A stretch of DNA of 64,000 nt from Candidatus Eiseniibacteriota bacterium. GTDB taxonomy: Bacteria; Eisenbacteria; RBG-16-71-46; CAZEPH01. A model generated the notes under the pieces. That model was not told the DNA's origin, searched no databases, and was given only the letters and a program-made list of their open reading frames with translations. This document shows positions 61,683 through 64,000 of this stretch, one piece after another (position 1 is the stretch's first letter; each line of letters opens with the position of its first letter). Both the position numbers and the translations under genes were made by a program. The stretch covers positions 1 through 64,000 of the forward strand of contig JBGATO010000010.1 of NCBI GenBank assembly GCA_044229145.1, read 5' to 3'.

Positions 61683-62096
61683 CTACGAGCCGTTCGTGAG
61701 CGAGAGCGACAGAGCCGCGGTCTTGCCCATGCCGGAGATCGTGTAGCCCGTCGAGTCCGGCGCGTTGTAGCCGACGATCCCGCGGACGGACGCGGCAGTC
61801 CCGTTCATCCAGGCACCGCCCGAACCACTGTCGCCGGTCCACGGGTTCTTGAACACGGTCGGCAGGCCGCCGGCCACCGAGGAGGCGGCGGTCGCGTACA
61901 GACCGTCGTGCTGCACCGCGTAGTCTTCCGCGGCGAGCTGGAAGGTGTGCATGTTCTCCTTCGTCGAGCCTTCCTTCGCGCGGTCCTGCATCGCCACGAA
62001 GTTGGGAATCGCGATCGCCGCCAGGATACCGATGATGAGCACCACGATCATGAGCTCGATGAGCGTGAATCCCTTCCGACTGTCACGACGCTTCAT
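61683..62096 (-). CDS. pilA: Type IVa major pilin, copy 1
   Basis: RKG|FTLIELMIVVLIIGILAAIAIPNF; GGAGG SD; immediately downstream of pilR. Confidence 0.94.
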   Translation of the reverse strand: MKRRDSRKGFTLIELMIVVLIIGILAAIAIPNFVAMQDRAKEGSTKENMHTFQLAAEDYAVQHDGLYATAASSVAGGLPTVFKNPWTGDSGSGGAWMNGTAASVRGIVGYNAPDSTGYTISGMGKTAALSLSLTNGS

Positions 62097-62173
62097 AGTG
62101 CACCTCCGAATGTTGCCTCTCTCTCACTGCGATACGGTGGGGCCTGCGGTCTCAGCGGCCACCGGGGAAAGGG

Positions 62174-62189
62174 GCAACCGTCGTGCCAG
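62174..62189 (-). promoter_or_regulatory. Sigma-54 promoter of pilin copy 1
   Basis: CTGGCACG-ACGG-TTGC full consensus; AT-rich stretch immediately upstream. Confidence 0.85.
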
Positions 62190-62332
62190 TCGCGGCGAAT
62201 GTTGTATCTTCTTGTATGCTAACACTTAGCCGCGCGCGACCCACCGCGCACCAGCGCCGCGCCGGGGGAAATGCACGAGGGCGCGATGCGGATTGCATCG
62301 CGCCCTCGCGTCGTCCGGCGTTGCCGCGTGAC

Positions 62333-63757
62333 TCAGGCGGCCTGCTGCATGTCGTCGATGTGCTGTCCGTCCGGCCCGTGGAGCATGCCGTAAGACACCA
62401 GCTTGCGGTAGAGCGTCGAGGCGTTGATGCCGAGGATTTCGCTCGCCCGCTTCTTCTGCCAGTTGGTCGCGCGCAGCACGCGCAGGATGTAGTGACGTTC
62501 GAGGTCCTCGAGCGACATCGTCGGCGACTCGCTGAACACCGCTTCCACCGGCGCCACGCTGCCGCCGCCGAGCAGGCTCTCGGGCAGGTCCTCGGTGCCG
62601 ACGCAGCCGTCCTCGTCGAGGATCACCGCGCGCTGGATCATGTTCTCGAGCTCGCGCACGTTGCCCTTCCACTCGTGCCGCACCAGCAGCTCCAGGGCGT
62701 CGCGGGCGATCGACTTCGGTTCTTGATCCGCGGCGAACTTCTTGAGGAAGTGATCGACCAGGAGCGGGATGTCCTCGCGGCGCTCGCGCAGCGCCGGCAT
62801 GCGCAGCGGAATCACGTTGAGCCGGTAATAGAGGTCTTCGCGGAAGTTGCCCGCGGCCACTTCCTTTTCGAGGTTGCGGTTGGTCGCGGCGATCAAGCGG
62901 ATGTTGATCTTCACTTCCTTCTGGCCGCCGATCGGGATGATCACGCGCTCGTTGATGGCACGGAGCAGCTTGACCTGCGTCGCCGGCAGCATCTCGCCGA
63001 CCTCGTCGAGGAAGAAGGTGCCGCCCTCGGCGAGCGTCATGAGGCCGGGCTGGTCGGTAACCGCGCCGGTGAACGATCCCTTCTTGTGTCCGAACAAGCT
63101 CGACTCGAGGAGGTCCTTCGGCAGCGCGCCGCAGTTGATCGACACCAGCGGACCTTCGGCACGCCGCGACTGGTAGTGGATCTCGCGCGCGATGAGTTCC
63201 TTCCCGGTGCCGTTCTCGCCGGTGATCAGGATCGTGCTGTCGGTCTCGGCGACCTTCCCCACCAAGCGATGCACGCGCTCCATGGCCTCGCTGGTGCCGA
63301 TGATGTCTTTCGCGTTGTGCGACTTCTTGAGCTGCCGCTTGAGGTAGCGGTTCTCGCGCTGCACCTTCTTCATCAGGAGCGCGTTGCGCACCACCAGGCG
63401 GACTTCGTCGTTGTGCGCGCCCTTCTCGACGTACTGGTACGCGCCCTTGTTGAGCGCGTCGATCGCCGTCTGCTGCGAGGCGTAGGCGGTCATGATGACG
63501 ACCGGGATGGTCGAGTCGATGCGCTTGATCTCCTCGAGCACCTCGATGCCGTCCATGCCCGGCATCTTGATGTCGGTGATCACCGCGTCGATGGTTTGCT
63601 CGCGCGCCAACTCGAGGGCGCGTCGCCCTGAATTCGCGGTCAGCACCTCGTGCCCGTCCTTGGTCAACAGGATCGAGAAGAACTGCAGCATGCTCGCGTC
63701 GTCGTCGACGACGAGAATGCGTCCGGTGGTCTCGCGGTCCTGTGCGTCGGTTGCCAT
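62333..63757 (-). CDS. pilR: Sigma-54-dependent response regulator (NtrC family)
   Basis: REC domain (VVDDD, DIKMP), GENGTGKE, GSFTGA, FLDEV, GNVRELEN, Fis HTH; adjacent to pilins. Confidence 0.88.
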   Translation of the reverse strand: MATDAQDRETTGRILVVDDDASMLQFFSILLTKDGHEVLTANSGRRALELAREQTIDAVITDIKMPGMDGIEVLEEIKRIDSTIPVVIMTAYASQQTAIDALNKGAYQYVEKGAHNDEVRLVVRNALLMKKVQRENRYLKRQLKKSHNAKDIIGTSEAMERVHRLVGKVAETDSTILITGENGTGKELIAREIHYQSRRAEGPLVSINCGALPKDLLESSLFGHKKGSFTGAVTDQPGLMTLAEGGTFFLDEVGEMLPATQVKLLRAINERVIIPIGGQKEVKINIRLIAATNRNLEKEVAAGNFREDLYYRLNVIPLRMPALRERREDIPLLVDHFLKKFAADQEPKSIARDALELLVRHEWKGNVRELENMIQRAVILDEDGCVGTEDLPESLLGGGSVAPVEAVFSESPTMSLEDLERHYILRVLRATNWQKKRASEILGINASTLYRKLVSYGMLHGPDGQHIDDMQQAA

Positions 63758-63760
63758 TGC

Positions 63761-64000
63761 TTACGCCACCCTTTCCTGTGCGGTCTCCAGTGCGGCGGGG
63801 AGGGCGACGCTCACCGTCGTTCCCACGCCTGGCGTACTGTCCATCGATACCGTAGCGCCGATGCGCTCGCAGAGGCGTGCGGCGATCGGCAATCCGAGTC
63901 CTGTCCCGGCGTTCTTCGTGGTGAAGAACGGCTCGAAGACGCGCGCGAGCGTGTCGGCGTCCATGCCGGGGCCGTCGTCGCGCAGCCAGATCGTGACCTG
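63761..64000 (-). CDS. Sensor histidine kinase C-terminus (PilS-like), truncated by the window edge
   Basis: DDGPGM, FEPFFTTK, GTGLGL HATPase boxes. Confidence 0.85.
   Translation of the reverse strand, partial: QVTIWLRDDGPGMDADTLARVFEPFFTTKNAGTGLGLPIAARLCERIGATVSMDSTPGVGTTVSVALPAALETAQERVA

Noticed and set aside
60981..62096. Pilins as electrically conductive e-pili (a cytochrome c gene is also in the window)
   Set aside because: Only about 10 F/W/Y in 128 aa (about 8%), no aromatic at positions 27 or 32, full-length head domain; the cytochrome is monoheme and 25 kb away.

Overview
64-kb window of a very GC-rich (about 70% by eye) diderm bacterium. Gene content and order suggest an FCB-affiliated candidate lineage (Eisenbacteria/Latescibacteria/Gemmatimonadota-like), which is an inference only. 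Almost all genes are on the minus strand and translationally coupled. Blocks in transcription order: (1) a large type IVa pilus locus: pilS(partial)-pilR, two ~90% identical cysteine-free major pilins each with its own sigma-54 promoter, a PilH/PilI-like ABC pair, a TPR protein, fimT-pilV, a 723-aa PilW/FG-GAP fusion, pilX and pilMNOPQ, followed by aroC-aroK. (2) Housekeeping genes: rsmD-coaD-pta-aspC-FmdB-obg-HEAT-dprA-DnaJ-like, cca, a cytochrome c lipoprotein, ispB-rsfS-argS-pfkB. (3) An accessory signalling-like module at 26.7-30.9 kb: a LeuA-allosteric-like hypothetical protein, a secreted repeat protein, an unannotated 24-aa peptide gene (MDLVYALLATLLSAVSLDKYGWGG) and a multi-TM HD-GYP phosphodiesterase. 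This is the best candidate for an undescribed system. (4) purM, an oxidoreductase, lnt, an orphan ecfT, truA, fsa and degP, then purB-purL-purQ, a tandem PurS-like gene, purF and lysS. (5) lolE-lolD-mcsA-mcsB-clpC-bamA-skp-lpxD-lpxC. Several core genes (lysS, cca, ecfT, rsfS) carry small frameshifts that look like long-read assembly errors. No tRNA, rRNA, CRISPR array or mobile element was seen. All family calls come from motif recognition by eye, not database searches.
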